IMG/VR virus record: IMGVR_UViG_3300034120_000663
DNA length: 35,071 bases
Direction: 5' to 3' (one strand)
From: an uncultured virus (IMG/VR IMGVR_UViG_3300034120_000663)
Taxonomy: Duplodnaviria > Heunggongvirae > Uroviricota > Caudoviricetes
Positions 33,997 through 35,071 of this stretch are shown piece by piece. The stretch's first letter is position 1. The number at the start of each line of letters is the position of its first letter. The notes beneath the pieces were generated by a model. The model ran no database searches. It was given only the letters and a program-made list of their open reading frames with translations, and was not told the DNA's origin. Made by a program: the position numbers and the translations under genes.

Positions 33997-34113
33997 TCAG
34001 TCGTCCAGGTCGGCGTTGGCTTGGGCCTGCAAGCGGCGGCATTCGCCGCAAGCACACTCCCAAAGGGACGGCAGGTCTTTGCCGGGGGTGACGATGCATT
34101 CGGTGACGGACAT
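33997..34113 (-). CDS. 38-aa Cys-rich protein
   Basis: CAAGGAG SD; MSVTEC...CACGEC. Confidence 0.6.
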   Translation of the reverse strand: MSVTECIVTPGKDLPSLWECACGECRRLQAQANADLDD

Positions 34114-34133
34114 GGTGATTCTCCTTGTGTTGA

Positions 34134-34352
34134 TCAGGCGGTGAGCGAGAAGGCAGCGGCCTTCTCCAGCAGGATGGTCAGGGCGGCGACCTGCTCCAGG
34201 GACAGGTCGATGCGGATGTGCTCGTCGCCCTCCCAGAGGCGAACGATGACACCAGGCGTGATCACCTTGCCGGTGATCTCCAGCGAGATGTCGCCCTGGT
34301 TCAGCAGGTACGAGCCGGGGACGATGGTCTCTGCGATGGTGGTGCGATCCAT
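34134..34352 (-). CDS. hypothetical protein
   Basis: GGAGG SD then ATG (MDRTTIAE). Confidence 0.7.
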   Translation of the reverse strand: MDRTTIAETIVPGSYLLNQGDISLEITGKVITPGVIVRLWEGDEHIRIDLSLEQVAALTILLEKAAAFSLTA

Positions 34353-34401
34353 GATGGGGTTCCTCCGTAGGTGTCGGTGGACTGAGCAGTCCCGGCCACG
34401 C

Positions 34402-34430
34402 CCCGACCGTCTCATGGTGAGACAGCCGGG
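34402..34430. repeat. palindrome copy 10 (extended hairpin)
   Basis: CCCGACC-GTCTCA-TGG-TGAGAC-AGCCGGG. Confidence 0.9.
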
Positions 34431-34459
34431 ACGATCTGGCACGGCTCAACCCGTGGGGG

Positions 34460-35071
34460 TCAGGCAGGCAGCAGGGCGATGCTGCCCGACGCCACGGCAG
34501 CCTCCGCCAGGGCAGCGATGGCGAGACGAGCGGCATCCAGTGCCGCCTGGTCGTCGGCGTACCAGCCCTTCTCGCTCTCAGCGACCTTGACGGCGTTGGT
34601 GAAGGCCACGACCGCAGCGGCCAGGGCACGGTTGGCATCGGCCAGCAGGGCCGTGGTCTCGGGGGTCGGCACCTCGTCGATCTCGTCGATCGAACCACCC
34701 TCGCTCTCGCCGTCGCTCTCGCCGTCGCTCATCGACGGGGCAGCGGCCTTCGCCTTCGCCTGGGGCTGGGCCAGGGCAGCGATGGCGGCGATGGGGTCGG
34801 CCTCAGCACCAGCCGTGCGAATGTCGGCCAGACCGACACCGTTGTTCACGGCCTGGTTGATCAGGCGGCGCAGGTGATGGGCGACACTGATCTCGCCCTC
34901 AGCAGCGACGAGATCGGGCTGGGCCACGATGATCGACCCGACGACACCCAGGCGGCTCACCGTGTCCTTCGACACGACGATGCCCTGGTTCTTCGCCTCG
35001 TCAGCGATGGAGCGGAGCGAGACCTTGCTGCCCAGGGCAGCGTGGGTGGTGATGGCGGCGTTGGTCAGTGC
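34460..35071 (-). CDS. Ala-rich protein with putative HTH (5' truncated)
   Basis: Frame open to the window end: VSLRSIADEAKNQGIVVSKDTVSRL is HTH-like. Confidence 0.7.
   Translation of the reverse strand, partial: ALTNAAITTHAALGSKVSLRSIADEAKNQGIVVSKDTVSRLGVVGSIIVAQPDLVAAEGEISVAHHLRRLINQAVNNGVGLADIRTAGAEADPIAAIAALAQPQAKAKAAAPSMSDGESDGESEGGSIDEIDEVPTPETTALLADANRALAAAVVAFTNAVKVAESEKGWYADDQAALDAARLAIAALAEAAVASGSIALLPA

Noticed and set aside
22932..34430. Classical integron attC array
   Set aside because: No integrase in the window, no RYYYAAC/GTTRRRY ends, and the hairpins are too short.

Overview
Fragment of a tailed dsDNA phage genome, probably infecting an actinobacterium (two WhiB genes, an MSMEG_6728-family gene). 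No structural genes, tRNAs or CRISPR array were seen. The + arm (1-18385) carries replication and recombination genes (SNF2 helicase end, MerR-like HTH, gp32-like SSB, family A DNA polymerase, RecA, HD hydrolase, DUF6378, Cas4-like nuclease, two resolvase-like nucleases), then SpoVS, a Tad1-like anti-defence sponge, WhiB, a lytic transglycosylase and a glycosyltransferase. The - arm (about 18375-35071) holds many small accessory genes, a second WhiB, a lipoprotein, an AAA+/HExxH-VWA pair, a second SNF2 helicase and a DUF6011 protein. The most unusual signals are non-coding: (1) ten exact copies of GTCTCA-N3-TGAGAC, intergenic and intragenic; (2) a recurrent gene-junction linker GGAGGCCCGTCGTGAGCGGTGA with an SD, stops in two frames and a start in the third, joining mosaic small genes; (3) a four-stem pseudoknot candidate at 28936-29029. 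All family calls come from motif recognition by eye, not database searches. Several starts were trimmed from the ORF track using SD and overlap evidence.
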